64,000 nt of DNA from IMG/VR virus record IMGVR_UViG_3300022696_000117, positions 1 to 64,000 of that record; one strand, given 5' to 3'. The stretch is from a virus. The notes under the pieces are model-generated. The model did not search any database, was not told the origin of the DNA, and was given only the letters and a program-made list of their open reading frames with translations. Positions 36,745-46,271 of the stretch are shown here, one piece after another (within the stretch, counting starts at the first letter, position 1; each line of letters begins with the position of its first letter). The translations under genes were made by a program, and so were the position numbers.

Positions 36745-37134
36745 TTATACTTTTATACAAGAAAGGGATTAATTATGTACAATATTGAACAGATGGGCAT
36801 GATAACGGAAAGAGAATGCGAACCTGATTATAAAAAGGTCGCTGAAGTCAAGGAAAAAGAGCTTGATTTGATTTCGGATTTGATTTCTAACCTTTGTTTA
36901 TTTGCCGATATGGTCGGCACACATGGGTTCAGAGATGCACACGGCAGAAATATGTTTCATGAGTTTTTGGGCACTCTGTCCCTTGACAAAAGGAATCGTG
37001 AGAAACAGTTGGAAGAGTTGAATAGTCGTATAGAAAAAAAAGTATAACCCAGCGATGAACACGGACAAGCAGGGCATCGCTTTTGTAGCAGATTCATAAT
37101 CACCGGTTGCCCTGCTTGCCGGTTATCTATTACG
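36745..37134 (+). mobile_element. integron-type gene cassette (ORF plus attC) without a linked IntI
   Basis: Left core G|TTATACTTTT (36744-36754) is the reverse complement of AAAAGTATAAC (37038-37048); attC 37042-37140; AT-rich ORF. Confidence 0.78.
36775..37047 (+). CDS. cassette-borne hypothetical protein (90 aa, helical)
   Basis: ATG after AAAGGGA; stop TAA lies inside the R'' box. Confidence 0.7.
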   Translation: MYNIEQMGMITERECEPDYKKVAEVKEKELDLISDLISNLCLFADMVGTHGFRDAHGRNMFHEFLGTLSLDKRNREKQLEELNSRIEKKV

Positions 37135-37140
37135 TTAAAA
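37042..37140 (+). other. attC recombination site
   Basis: R'' GTATAAC, 5-nt spacer, L'' GATGAAC with one unpaired base, stem AAGCAGGGCA/TGCCCTGCTT, L' GTTATC, 6-nt spacer, R' GTTAAAA. Confidence 0.8.
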
Positions 37141-37150
37141 AAGAGGCATA

Positions 37151-37375
37151 ATGGCCGAGATAAAGCTATGCGCTACGACTAAGGATGGTCCGTCCATGCC
37201 AAGTGACCTGTCGGCTTGGACAGCGGACGAACCCTGGCCGGGTGGAGGCACCGTCAAGGTTTTGAAGTTTGGCATCGGAGATTCCACAATTACAATCTGG
37301 CCGGCTGACCCGGACAAAATTCATAATCTTAGCGCCAGGCTTTCCAAGATCGCTTATGAGCTGAAAGGGGGGTAG
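37151..37375 (+). CDS. hypothetical protein
   Basis: ORF with GAGG RBS just after attC. Confidence 0.55.
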   Translation: MAEIKLCATTKDGPSMPSDLSAWTADEPWPGGGTVKVLKFGIGDSTITIWPADPDKIHNLSARLSKIAYELKGG

Positions 37376-37534
37376 GGCGAATGACCTTCGAAGAATGGCT
37401 CCGCACCCTCCCGGATGAATATCCTGCGGAGGGGTACATTTGCGGCTTACTGCGGATGGCTTGGAATGCGGCCCTTTCCGAAAACGGTCATGAGTCCTTG
37501 ACCAACCCCCACAACCCTGATAACTCAGTCTCTA

Positions 37535-38578
37535 ATGAAAGCGAGACTGTGGAAAAGAAATAACGGCCAGTATTATGCCCTGTGGGAGGAGGATGGGCGG
37601 ACCCGGCAGAAGTCCCTTAAAACCGACTCCCTCAAAATAGCCAACCGGCGGTTGAAAAACTTCAACCGGGATCTGCTGGCCGGCAGCGTCAAGAAGCTCT
37701 CCCAGACAGTCCCGAAGGTCACCCTCGGCGAGCTTCGGGAAGCCTTCCTCAAATTCAAAGACGGCAGGGTGGCCAAAACCACCCTTGCCATCTACGAAAC
37801 CTCTTTTGATCACGCAGAAAAAACCCTCGGGGAAGATATCCCCATTACGCACATCACACAAAAGCGCCTGGAGCAGGTCATGGACGACATGATGGCGTCC
37901 GGGCTCAAGCCTCCGACCGTCAACAAGCACCGACGGCACCTGCGGACGGTTTTCAACCAGGCCTACGATTGGAACTATCTGGAGAAGCCGATCAAGATGC
38001 CTAAGCCTCTGCGAGAGGAGGAGCGTCTCCGGTTCCTGTCAATCGATGAACTCAGAAAGCTCATCGATTGCATCGACGATCAGGAGTTTTTCGACTTCTG
38101 CATGTTGTCGGCCTACACCGGAATGAGATCCGGGGAGCTTCTGAGAATGATGCGGGGCCACGTCGACCGGCCGGAGGGTTTTCTATTGGTCACCTCTGAA
38201 CAGAAAAACAAGGCGGACTGGATTATCCCGATCAATGACCATGCGAGGGAGATCCTGGACAGGTGCCTTTCCAGAAATCACGGACCGAGAGTGTTTCCTA
38301 AATGGCGGCTGGAGTGGGTTTCGAAGAAATTCAAGAAATATGCGAGGAAGTCAGGCTTGAAAGATTGTCGGTTCCATGATCTGAGGCATACCTTTGCAAG
38401 CCACCTTGCAATGGGTGGCCAGGATCTCCTGGTCATTCAGATGCTCATGCGCCACAAGTCCATGTCGTCGACGATGGTGTACGCCAAGCTGTCTCCAGAA
38501 CACCTTTCCAGGGCCAGCAACAGCCTTAACTTCGGCCCGATGCCGATACCTTCCACGAAGAAGGACGGCAAGGCATAA
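37535..38578 (+). CDS. int: tyrosine integrase
   Basis: TGMRSGEL (R), QKNK (K), FHDLRHTFAS (HxxR), MRH, TMVYA (Y). Confidence 0.96.
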   Translation: MKARLWKRNNGQYYALWEEDGRTRQKSLKTDSLKIANRRLKNFNRDLLAGSVKKLSQTVPKVTLGELREAFLKFKDGRVAKTTLAIYETSFDHAEKTLGEDIPITHITQKRLEQVMDDMMASGLKPPTVNKHRRHLRTVFNQAYDWNYLEKPIKMPKPLREEERLRFLSIDELRKLIDCIDDQEFFDFCMLSAYTGMRSGELLRMMRGHVDRPEGFLLVTSEQKNKADWIIPINDHAREILDRCLSRNHGPRVFPKWRLEWVSKKFKKYARKSGLKDCRFHDLRHTFASHLAMGGQDLLVIQMLMRHKSMSSTMVYAKLSPEHLSRASNSLNFGPMPIPSTKKDGKA

Positions 38579-38630
38579 TGGAACCCAAAGTGGAAAGCAT
38601 CCCCCAAAACAGCTGCTTCCAAGGTCTGTT

Positions 38631-38936
38631 TTTGCAATATCTTTGCAATGCCCAGAGATTGTGTTTCCATTGCAAATCCATTGCAAAATTTTTCCTATTG
38701 CAAAAACCTCTCAGATGGCTTACCGTAAATGACTGAATTGAGGGGTTATTTTTGGTACGCCCGGCAGGATTCGAACCTGCGGCCTACGGATTAGAAGTCC
38801 GTTCCAGCCCACAGCTGAAAACCCCGCAATTTCAAGTAATTCCCTAAAAATCAGACCCTTGTAAAGCTTTCCCGGATGGGTAAAATGGACTAAAACGGGC
38901 CATTTCGGGCTCATTTTTCATTGCAAAACATTGCAA
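38631..38936. repeat. integrase arm-type sites flanking the att core
   Basis: TTGCAA/CATTGCAA repeats at ~38631-38650, ~38668-38705 and ~38919-38936. Confidence 0.7.
38753..38803 (-). other. attP core: 3' half of tRNA-Arg(UCU)
   Basis: ACGGA-CTTCTAA-TCCGT anticodon arm, GCAGG-TTCGAAT-CCTGC T arm, CGGGCGTA-CCA; no D arm or 5' acceptor strand; 175 bp downstream of int. Confidence 0.9.
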
Positions 38937-38980
38937 TTCTACCCAAACGGGTAAAGTAAAGGATACCAGCCAGGAATAAA

Positions 38981-40816
38981 ATGGCCAAGTTCAACGCAGC
39001 GTATCGCAACGGCGGGGAGGGAATGACCCAATGGGTTGAGGATTTCGTTCGGATGCCGATCTATCCGGAGGGCAGCCCTATTCCAGTTTGGGTTCCCATG
39101 AACGACCTGCCTCAAGAGCCCAATCTCGACACCGGAAGGTCATACCAGACGATATGGGACGCACAGAAAGACATCCTCCACGAGGCCCTCGCCATGAAAA
39201 ACGGCCGGTTCATCCACCGGCTGATCGTCCTGTGCTGGATGCGTGGCGAAGGAAAGACCGTCATAGGGCCCTGCCTGATCAATCTGTGGAAATTCATGAA
39301 CTGGCCCAGGCAGAACATTGTCCTCGGAGCCAACTCCAAAGATCAGACCAAGTTCATCACTTTCGATATCATCCGTGACATGATTCTGAACAGCCCCAAC
39401 CTGCTTGCGTTGGTCGGCAAGAAGAATATCCGGGAAAAAGAGATCCGGCTGAGAGACGCAAAAGGCAACGTCGTGTCAACCATCAGAGCTGTCTCATCTT
39501 TTTCCGGCATCCTGTCGAACATCACCGGGTACGCTTTCAGCGAAATCTTTCAGATGAACAACCCGGAATTTTTCCAGCAGATCGACGGATCCATCCGAAA
39601 TGTTCCCAACGCGATGGGCGTCATCGACTCCACAGTGTCATCGAAGGACCATATCCTGTACCAGCTCTACGAAGCCGATCGTGACGGCCAGGACCCGACC
39701 ATCTATTTTTCATACCGGTGCTCTCACGATGGCGACTATCGAGATTACTGGCATCCCAACCAGAATCAGAGTCAGCTTGACTCATATCGGGTGAAGTTCA
39801 AGGCAGGCAACGGGTTCAAGCGGTATTTTCAGAACCTGTGGTCTGCCGGCTCCGAAAAGTTTTTTCCGGAAGAGATCATCGAGGCATCCTATTATGTCGG
39901 TCTCTATGGGCGACCGAACGATTTCAACGGAATCAAGGAGCAGATATCCAGAATACATGGACTCAGGCGGGAGATTGATGCTTTTGCCAAAAAGGATGTC
40001 GAGCTTGCTGATTTCAAAATCAGATTCGAGGTCGCCCGAAAAGAGCTTCAACCGGTTGAGGACATCTACCAGCTTGGTACGACCCAGGGCCTCCCGCGGC
40101 ATTGTTCAATCGATGAGCTGGAGGATCTCTCCGACTTTTTCGATACCGATTGGGCCATCGCCGCCGGCATCGACCGGGCCGACCCGGGAAAGACCAGGAC
40201 CGGGGCAAGAACCATGCTGTCCGTGGTAGGCAAGGGCATGATCGGCAGCCGATCCAATCCGCATCTCTGGACCTCGATTGCCAAGGACTATATCTATTGC
40301 GTCCTCCATGTGGCCGACATCGCAGATCATAGTTTGGTCGGCATCAAAGCCGAAATCCTGAAATGCCACGAGGAATATGAAGGGGTGGATCTGGTATCGT
40401 CAGAACGATTCGGGCTTTGGGATCTGAAGGAGTGGGGTGAGGAGAACGACATACGGTTCGACCTGATATACCCGACCTTCGATCGCCAGAAGGACGCCTT
40501 CTACGAGTTTTTCCGGATCATGGATTCGGGCCGGCTCAAGATGCCGCGAGTGTATGTCCCGGGGTCCCGGAGTTCGGACATTCTCCGCGAGGAGCTATCA
40601 ATGTTCGAGAGCGAAATCAGATCAGAGACGCAGGGCTGGTTCGGTTCTCCTGAAAAGAAAAAGATGAAAGGCGTCCAGGACGATTTGGTCTTTGCAATGG
40701 CGTGGGCCGTCTACGGCGCCAGGGTTCTCACCGTAGACGACTTTCGGGGCAGGGGGGCAAAGGTTGAGTTCGGGGATTCTATTTCTCCGAGGGGATTGCT
40801 CGGAGCGTATGCTTGA
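38981..40816 (+). CDS. terL: terminase large subunit
   Basis: Q motif (WDAQK), Walker A WMRGEGKT, GANSKDQT, motif III DST, nuclease GIDRAD...QDDLVFAMAWA. Confidence 0.85.
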   Translation: MAKFNAAYRNGGEGMTQWVEDFVRMPIYPEGSPIPVWVPMNDLPQEPNLDTGRSYQTIWDAQKDILHEALAMKNGRFIHRLIVLCWMRGEGKTVIGPCLINLWKFMNWPRQNIVLGANSKDQTKFITFDIIRDMILNSPNLLALVGKKNIREKEIRLRDAKGNVVSTIRAVSSFSGILSNITGYAFSEIFQMNNPEFFQQIDGSIRNVPNAMGVIDSTVSSKDHILYQLYEADRDGQDPTIYFSYRCSHDGDYRDYWHPNQNQSQLDSYRVKFKAGNGFKRYFQNLWSAGSEKFFPEEIIEASYYVGLYGRPNDFNGIKEQISRIHGLRREIDAFAKKDVELADFKIRFEVARKELQPVEDIYQLGTTQGLPRHCSIDELEDLSDFFDTDWAIAAGIDRADPGKTRTGARTMLSVVGKGMIGSRSNPHLWTSIAKDYIYCVLHVADIADHSLVGIKAEILKCHEEYEGVDLVSSERFGLWDLKEWGEENDIRFDLIYPTFDRQKDAFYEFFRIMDSGRLKMPRVYVPGSRSSDILREELSMFESEIRSETQGWFGSPEKKKMKGVQDDLVFAMAWAVYGARVLTVDDFRGRGAKVEFGDSISPRGLLGAYA

Positions 40817-41419
40817 TCAAAGCATTATTTTGAGTTCAAGTTCCGATATGTCGAAGGTATCAGCCTCGTTGCCGGTCAGAGAAACGGTTATGTAAACAGA
40901 CGGCCAGGCTTCTGTGATTCCAGAGAAGTCGAGTTCATCCTTCCATAACAACAGGTCTTCCCATTCATTGACCGTCGACATCGGAACCCATGTTTGCGAA
41001 AAGATAGTGGTCCCAACGTCTCCTTCCATGCCCACATAGAAAGCGGGTGAGCCAACATCAGTTCTTCTGCATCTGGCTCTTATTTCAGCTTTTGTGGCTT
41101 TTCTTAAAATTGATCCTGATATGCTGCTATACCGCCACAAGTTAAGGCTGTAGGTGTCGCTTGCGTTGGTGTTTATGGCCGTGGCGTAATCGGTGTCAAC
41201 CGGTGCGTCGATTCCATTTGAAATCAACTTATACCTGTCCCCATCCAGGCCGACCGAGGCGGCGAAGTTTCCGCTCCACACTCCGGTAGCAAACGCACGA
41301 ACCGGATTTTGCACAAACATCAGGGTTTCAATTGAAAGGCTTACTTCTGAGATTGCGTCTTCCATCCCGGAGGCTATTTCTCCGGAAATAACCACATTTC
41401 CTGATTCAGGCCGTATCAT
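40817..41419 (-). CDS. tail-associated protein, possible carbohydrate-binding fold
   Basis: End of tail operon; beta-rich, NEWEDL...FDISELEL. Confidence 0.5.
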   Translation of the reverse strand: MIRPESGNVVISGEIASGMEDAISEVSLSIETLMFVQNPVRAFATGVWSGNFAASVGLDGDRYKLISNGIDAPVDTDYATAINTNASDTYSLNLWRYSSISGSILRKATKAEIRARCRRTDVGSPAFYVGMEGDVGTTIFSQTWVPMSTVNEWEDLLLWKDELDFSGITEAWPSVYITVSLTGNEADTFDISELELKIML

Positions 41420-42528
41420 ATAACACCCCCATAAATCGTTACTTCGTTTGATTCAGAAAGATCGGTTATGTGGATGCCGACCTTGAAGGCGCCCTTCAGG
41501 TCCCAATCTACATCAGGTGATCTGTACTTGCCGGTTGCATCTTGGAACTGAGCGGTCCCCATGGCTGATCGCTTGGTCGTCAAAACATCCAGATCCTGAA
41601 CGCTGCCGGAGTGTGTGACTGTCAATTTCGGATAATATGAAACATTGTCTATGTAAAACTCGGTCAAACCCAACATGCTTAAAAACGGTTCAGGCTGGAG
41701 GTATATCCATACCGAAGCATCTCTGACCCACTCAGGCCTGTCTACTGCCGCCTGGACGGCTGCGGCCACATTAGGTGACGTCTCCCATGTTCCGTTGGTG
41801 CCTGGCGACAAATCCCAATCAACTCCTGTCGAAGATTCTGCAAGCGCCATGAAGGCGAAAGCCCTGTCTTTGTCGGTTCCGTTCGCGCTCAGGACGGCTT
41901 CTACTTGCTTTTCGGTGAACGCATATACTTTGAGATTTTGCGCGTGGCCCCCGTAGCTGGCCGCCAGCCTTAAATCGATGGTGGCGGAATCTATCGTGGT
42001 TCCCCTTTCGGCGTCTATCGCCGGAAACTTTAGAAGCTGCGTTACCGTTTCGCTGTCTCCGTCTGCGGACTTTTCGCCAACCCATGCGTTTCCTGGGTAA
42101 ATAACGTAATCTTCCCATACAGCGGCTTCGAGTGTACCTCCGTCTGGGTACATTGCGCCGTACTCGTGTCGATCCGAGTATTCCTGCTCCATGGTCCCGC
42201 CGCCGGTTTTTATCATAGAGACGATTGGCGTCATGTCCACGGATCCATCTATTTGGCTATGAACAGGGGAAACGACCAGAGACGACTTGTCCCCTACCGG
42301 CAGCATATTGTCGACCAGGTCGTCAGGCAGGCTGGAAAGGTCGACCGTGTCGGGGCTCGAAACCTCGACAGTAATTCCCCTGATCTTTTTCATCTCAGCA
42401 GCTCGGCTTGCGATATCAACCACCTGGATGTATCGAAGGTTCTGGTACTCATCCCTCTCGTTGGCAAGCCGTGTTGCAACGATGTCGCCAATGTCTGCTT
42501 CTTTAACCTTGACTCCGTATTCCATCAC
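41416..42528 (-). CDS. virion protein with an inserted DNRLRE-like beta domain
   Basis: LLKFP..I..GTTIDSATIDL...SPNVAAAVQAAVDRPEW...PKLTVT. Confidence 0.5.
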   Translation of the reverse strand: MMEYGVKVKEADIGDIVATRLANERDEYQNLRYIQVVDIASRAAEMKKIRGITVEVSSPDTVDLSSLPDDLVDNMLPVGDKSSLVVSPVHSQIDGSVDMTPIVSMIKTGGGTMEQEYSDRHEYGAMYPDGGTLEAAVWEDYVIYPGNAWVGEKSADGDSETVTQLLKFPAIDAERGTTIDSATIDLRLAASYGGHAQNLKVYAFTEKQVEAVLSANGTDKDRAFAFMALAESSTGVDWDLSPGTNGTWETSPNVAAAVQAAVDRPEWVRDASVWIYLQPEPFLSMLGLTEFYIDNVSYYPKLTVTHSGSVQDLDVLTTKRSAMGTAQFQDATGKYRSPDVDWDLKGAFKVGIHITDLSESNEVTIYGGVI

Positions 42529-42535
42529 AATCTCC

Positions 42536-43582
42536 TTATTCTTCCGGTTCTTCCGTCTGGATGTCTATTAGGTCGACCGAGCCCAGTATCGGCGCCATGA
42601 GTTGGGCCTGCCTTGGAGCGTTTGGGTCAGGTGGGTAGGCTCGGTACGGCGTTGCGAGAGCAATCAGGTCTACGAGCATCTGTGACATGTCTGGGGAGTA
42701 GTCCACTTTATATGGCGGTTCGTCGTTGTCGTCGTCAGGGTCCATATTAACCGCCTGCGGTTCTCCGAAGATGCGGCTCCCTGCGATAATATTGCTGGTT
42801 CCGCCTATAGCAGGGTTGGTCATTGACCCGTCCATTTGCTGAACCGCATATACTCCAGACATGGGAGAATACCCCCATGAGAAAGCAAGATATGCGTAGT
42901 CCATAGGGGCGGGGTTCATTGGAACATAGTCAGCTTGAGACTTGCCTTCTATGTTGGTTGTCGAACGGTATGTGCCTGGGTGGTCTGGAAAATCTGTGTG
43001 CCCGAGAAGTATGCGCAGGCCCCTGTCGTAGGCGTTGTTTTGCGGAAATCGCGGATCGTATGAATATTGAATGTTGTTATACTCAAAACGGAACAGCGTG
43101 TCCCCTGACATTGTGAATTCGTATGTGAATATTCTTTCCGGGAAAGTTTTTGTTCTCCATTTTGTTATCGGCACGTCGTCCTTCAGGTTCCACATTTGGG
43201 CGTAGGCGGTTTCGACCCAATTCCCTCCTGGGTCTGTGTATATCGCCAAGGCTCCAAAGATGGCGACCCTAATTCGGCACGGCTTTACGTCTTTCACGAA
43301 ACCGACCACCTCAAAAGTTTTTACGCCAACTGACGCCCTGTGTCTGTACGCCAGGACCAAGACCCTGTCTCCGGCGTTGAAGGCAGACCAGCCGTTATCA
43401 ACCACCTGCTGGCCCTCGCAGTGGTAGAATATGGGAACGTCAGCCTCTTCTCCATGATCATCTATATTTACGACTGCGGTTTTCGTGTCGCCATCGACTG
43501 AAACGATTGTGCCCTGTTTCATTGCGGCGTCGAAAACGTCGGTTACATTGTTTCCGAAGTCGATATATTCGTGCTGTTCAGC
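42536..43582 (-). CDS. tail tip/spike-like protein with N-terminal OB fold
   Basis: GTIVSVD....A.V......VPIFYHC......AF..GDRVLV. Confidence 0.55.
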   Translation of the reverse strand, partial: AEQHEYIDFGNNVTDVFDAAMKQGTIVSVDGDTKTAVVNIDDHGEEADVPIFYHCEGQQVVDNGWSAFNAGDRVLVLAYRHRASVGVKTFEVVGFVKDVKPCRIRVAIFGALAIYTDPGGNWVETAYAQMWNLKDDVPITKWRTKTFPERIFTYEFTMSGDTLFRFEYNNIQYSYDPRFPQNNAYDRGLRILLGHTDFPDHPGTYRSTTNIEGKSQADYVPMNPAPMDYAYLAFSWGYSPMSGVYAVQQMDGSMTNPAIGGTSNIIAGSRIFGEPQAVNMDPDDDNDEPPYKVDYSPDMSQMLVDLIALATPYRAYPPDPNAPRQAQLMAPILGSVDLIDIQTEEPEE

Positions 43583-43584
43583 CA

Positions 43585-44904
43585 TCAAGCGCCTTCCCAA
43601 CCGATTTTCATCGGGATGATTACATAATTCGATTTTGCCGGGTCCAGGGCAGAGCCTTCAGGAGCGTCCGCGGTAAAGCCGAAGGTGTTGGCCCAATGGA
43701 CCGTTCCGTCTTTGGCTCGAATGACCGAAAAGCCGGTCTCCTTAAACTCAGGCCGGATCATATTTGCAAAATGCCTTGGAGACGCAAGCCACCCACCGAA
43801 AACACTTTCAGCGTCGTTGAAACCCTTGGCCAGATTTTCGCCAGTCCCCATTTCCTGTGCGTTCATTCCGTATCCTGTCGCTGTTATCCGCTCCTGCGAG
43901 CTTGATCCGTCAGAGCCTGTGTGCCCTATAAAGCTATTGGATACCATATCCTTGCAGTGGTTCTGAGCGGCAGACGCAAGGTTGGTATTGATGCTTAGTC
44001 TTCCCACGCCATGTTCTTCACGCAGGGCGTTGATCAAATTCAGCAGAATCCTCGTTTGACTCCTAAGCGCCGAGTCGTCTTCACCTGAATATTCAACCTG
44101 CCCGAGGTCGCAATTCAGATCGCATGAATCTTGAGCGCTCATGAGAAAAACCCAATCTCCGACCTCGTAGTCAACATGGTCCGATGCCCTGCATGCGTAG
44201 AGGACGCCTTCTACCTCGACGATATAGTAGATGGTCGTTGAGTCGTAATCCCCCCTGACCTCTTTGACAACTCCACCCGTGATTGAGCACGTCCGATAGT
44301 ATTTTTTCCCGCAGACGACCTCTTTTTCCCTTTTACCATCGGTAAAAAAAAGGTGGGCCCTGGCTTCCATTCCCGGGACCATTATGCCGTTGTCCAGAAC
44401 GTCGTATTCCTGTGGCGGTATTTTATAGGATTTGCAGTCCGTCCTCTCGTTTTTGTCTACCTCTGTCCTCGGCACTCCGTTTCGGCTGCCCGACTTGTAG
44501 GTTTCCGCAAACAGCTCTCCACTGGTGTCATCAAGCCCCTTGTGCCCTGTCACAACCGTTCTGAACCATTGGCAATGATACGGCCGGTAGACATCGATAT
44601 GGGGGTACGGCTCCAGCGACGTGACGGCCCCGCTTATCGGGTGGAATGTCTCAGGGTCTCTGGCGATGCTGATGCACTCTTCCAGGACGTCGCAATTGAA
44701 AGGCTCGTAATCGGCCGAGTTCGGTAGCCTGACGATCACCCTGTTCCTTTCGATTTCCATTTCCGGATCTCGAATCGCCAAGGTGATCAGTTTTTTTTCT
44801 TCGCTGACGCTTGCACCCTTTCCGCAATTCTGACCGGATGGTTCTGCATAGCAGGAGCCCGGGACAGTTCCGCACAGGGGGATGTATATCTTCCTGCTTC
44901 CCAT
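43585..44904 (-). CDS. tail protein with a CAP/SCP domain near the C-terminus
   Basis: LINALREEHG...L..AAQNH.KDM....F.GH.GSDGS...RI...GY...GENLA...W.ASP.H..N. Confidence 0.85.
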   Translation of the reverse strand: MGSRKIYIPLCGTVPGSCYAEPSGQNCGKGASVSEEKKLITLAIRDPEMEIERNRVIVRLPNSADYEPFNCDVLEECISIARDPETFHPISGAVTSLEPYPHIDVYRPYHCQWFRTVVTGHKGLDDTSGELFAETYKSGSRNGVPRTEVDKNERTDCKSYKIPPQEYDVLDNGIMVPGMEARAHLFFTDGKREKEVVCGKKYYRTCSITGGVVKEVRGDYDSTTIYYIVEVEGVLYACRASDHVDYEVGDWVFLMSAQDSCDLNCDLGQVEYSGEDDSALRSQTRILLNLINALREEHGVGRLSINTNLASAAQNHCKDMVSNSFIGHTGSDGSSSQERITATGYGMNAQEMGTGENLAKGFNDAESVFGGWLASPRHFANMIRPEFKETGFSVIRAKDGTVHWANTFGFTADAPEGSALDPAKSNYVIIPMKIGWEGA

Positions 44905-46271
44905 TATTCTTCGTCTTCTTTCGGCTCAGGTATCGTTACCTGATAGGTAGCCGATTTGCCGTCTTTGTCGGCTGAAACCTGATAGGTAGCCTTCGGCGTC
45001 AAAAGCCCCACCCCGCACGAACCATCTGTTCCGGTAACGAAGGTCTGGCCTCCTATCCTTACTGTGGCCCCCGGGACCGGCGAATTTTCGCTGCAATCCC
45101 ATACCACGACCACGTCGTATTCTTCAGGGCCGAGCGATTTTTCGTCGGTGAAGTTGACCGTAAGAGAGGCGCTTTGATCTCCCTGCACCGCCACCACGAG
45201 GGCCGGCACAGGCCCTATATCAGGATCTCCTAGGTCGCCTATTCTTTCGTCAACTACCAGGCTCCACCGGTCGAACTTGACGAAATAGTAGACCTTGAGG
45301 ATCGCCGTAATTTTTTCAGGGACTGTTATTTCTGCGCCGCTAAACCTGGGAGATACTCCAGGATCTCTTCCGATCCACTCCCATCCCTGGATACCTGAAG
45401 GCGTTGAGGAGAGGGACGCTGAAGGTGCGTTGCCGAACTGGACGTCCTGTTCGATCGGCATCTTGCTCCTTACACCGCTCCCTTCGGGCCTCAGCCTGCC
45501 CCAGGTAGACCTCATCGTGTAGTCTTCCCGGGTTGCCTTAAAAACCCGAATGTATGCCTTTTCTCCGAAGACAAATTCCGACTTTACGGTGGGCTCCGCT
45601 TCCGGGTCTTCAGGATCAGGAGGCTCTACGTTCATGTCTTCGTCAAGGGCGAGGGACAGGCTTCCGTGCGTCTCATCAGCACTGCCATCTGAAAAGTTCA
45701 CCGTAAGGTTCGCTTTTTGGCTTCCCTGTATCGCAATGACCAGGGACGGCATGGCATCCTCATCGCCTATGCCGAGGCCGCCGGTTCCGTTGTCGACCTT
45801 CAGGCTCCAGCGATCGAATCGAACAAGATATTTAACCCTCAAAACTCCTATCGTCGGTTTCTCAAGGGTTGCAACCGCCTCTGTGAACGACGGCTCGAAT
45901 CCAGGGTCTGTCCCGACCCATTCCCACCCCTGGATTGTTGACGGAACAGCCGAAAGAGACCCCTCAAAGGTTTGGGTGAATACGATGTCTTCCGTTATGG
46001 GCGTTTTGCTTTCGACCTCTTCTTTTTCGAGCTTGAGCGTCCCCCATGTCGTGAGCATGGTATACGGATCTGTATTCGGTCTGGTGACCTTGATGTATGC
46101 CTTTTCTCCGAAAGCGAACTCAGACTTTATTGTGGGCTCTCCCCCTGGTTCGGCAGCCGGTTCAAGATTCATGTCCTCGTCGAGCGCGAGAGCGATAGAC
46201 TTTTCTCCTCCGGCCTCTCCCTCTATCCCGAATTGCACCTCAAGTGTGGCTGATACTTTGTCTGCGCCCAT
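44904..46271 (-). CDS. tail protein with two tandem ~180-aa domains and a C-terminal Ig-like domain
   Basis: LALDEDMN.EP...PT.KSEF.FGEKAYI twice; VPGATVRIGG..FVTGTDG. Confidence 0.75.
   Translation of the reverse strand: MGADKVSATLEVQFGIEGEAGGEKSIALALDEDMNLEPAAEPGGEPTIKSEFAFGEKAYIKVTRPNTDPYTMLTTWGTLKLEKEEVESKTPITEDIVFTQTFEGSLSAVPSTIQGWEWVGTDPGFEPSFTEAVATLEKPTIGVLRVKYLVRFDRWSLKVDNGTGGLGIGDEDAMPSLVIAIQGSQKANLTVNFSDGSADETHGSLSLALDEDMNVEPPDPEDPEAEPTVKSEFVFGEKAYIRVFKATREDYTMRSTWGRLRPEGSGVRSKMPIEQDVQFGNAPSASLSSTPSGIQGWEWIGRDPGVSPRFSGAEITVPEKITAILKVYYFVKFDRWSLVVDERIGDLGDPDIGPVPALVVAVQGDQSASLTVNFTDEKSLGPEEYDVVVVWDCSENSPVPGATVRIGGQTFVTGTDGSCGVGLLTPKATYQVSADKDGKSATYQVTIPEPKEDEE

Noticed and set aside
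37535-38578. Integron integrase IntI serving the attC
   Set aside because: No IntI-specific insertion evident before HxxR; it has an N-terminal arm-binding-like region and adjacent attP and Xis
38753-38830. Complete tRNA-Arg gene
   Set aside because: No D arm and no 5' strand complementary to CGGGCGT; only the 3' half is present, which fits attP
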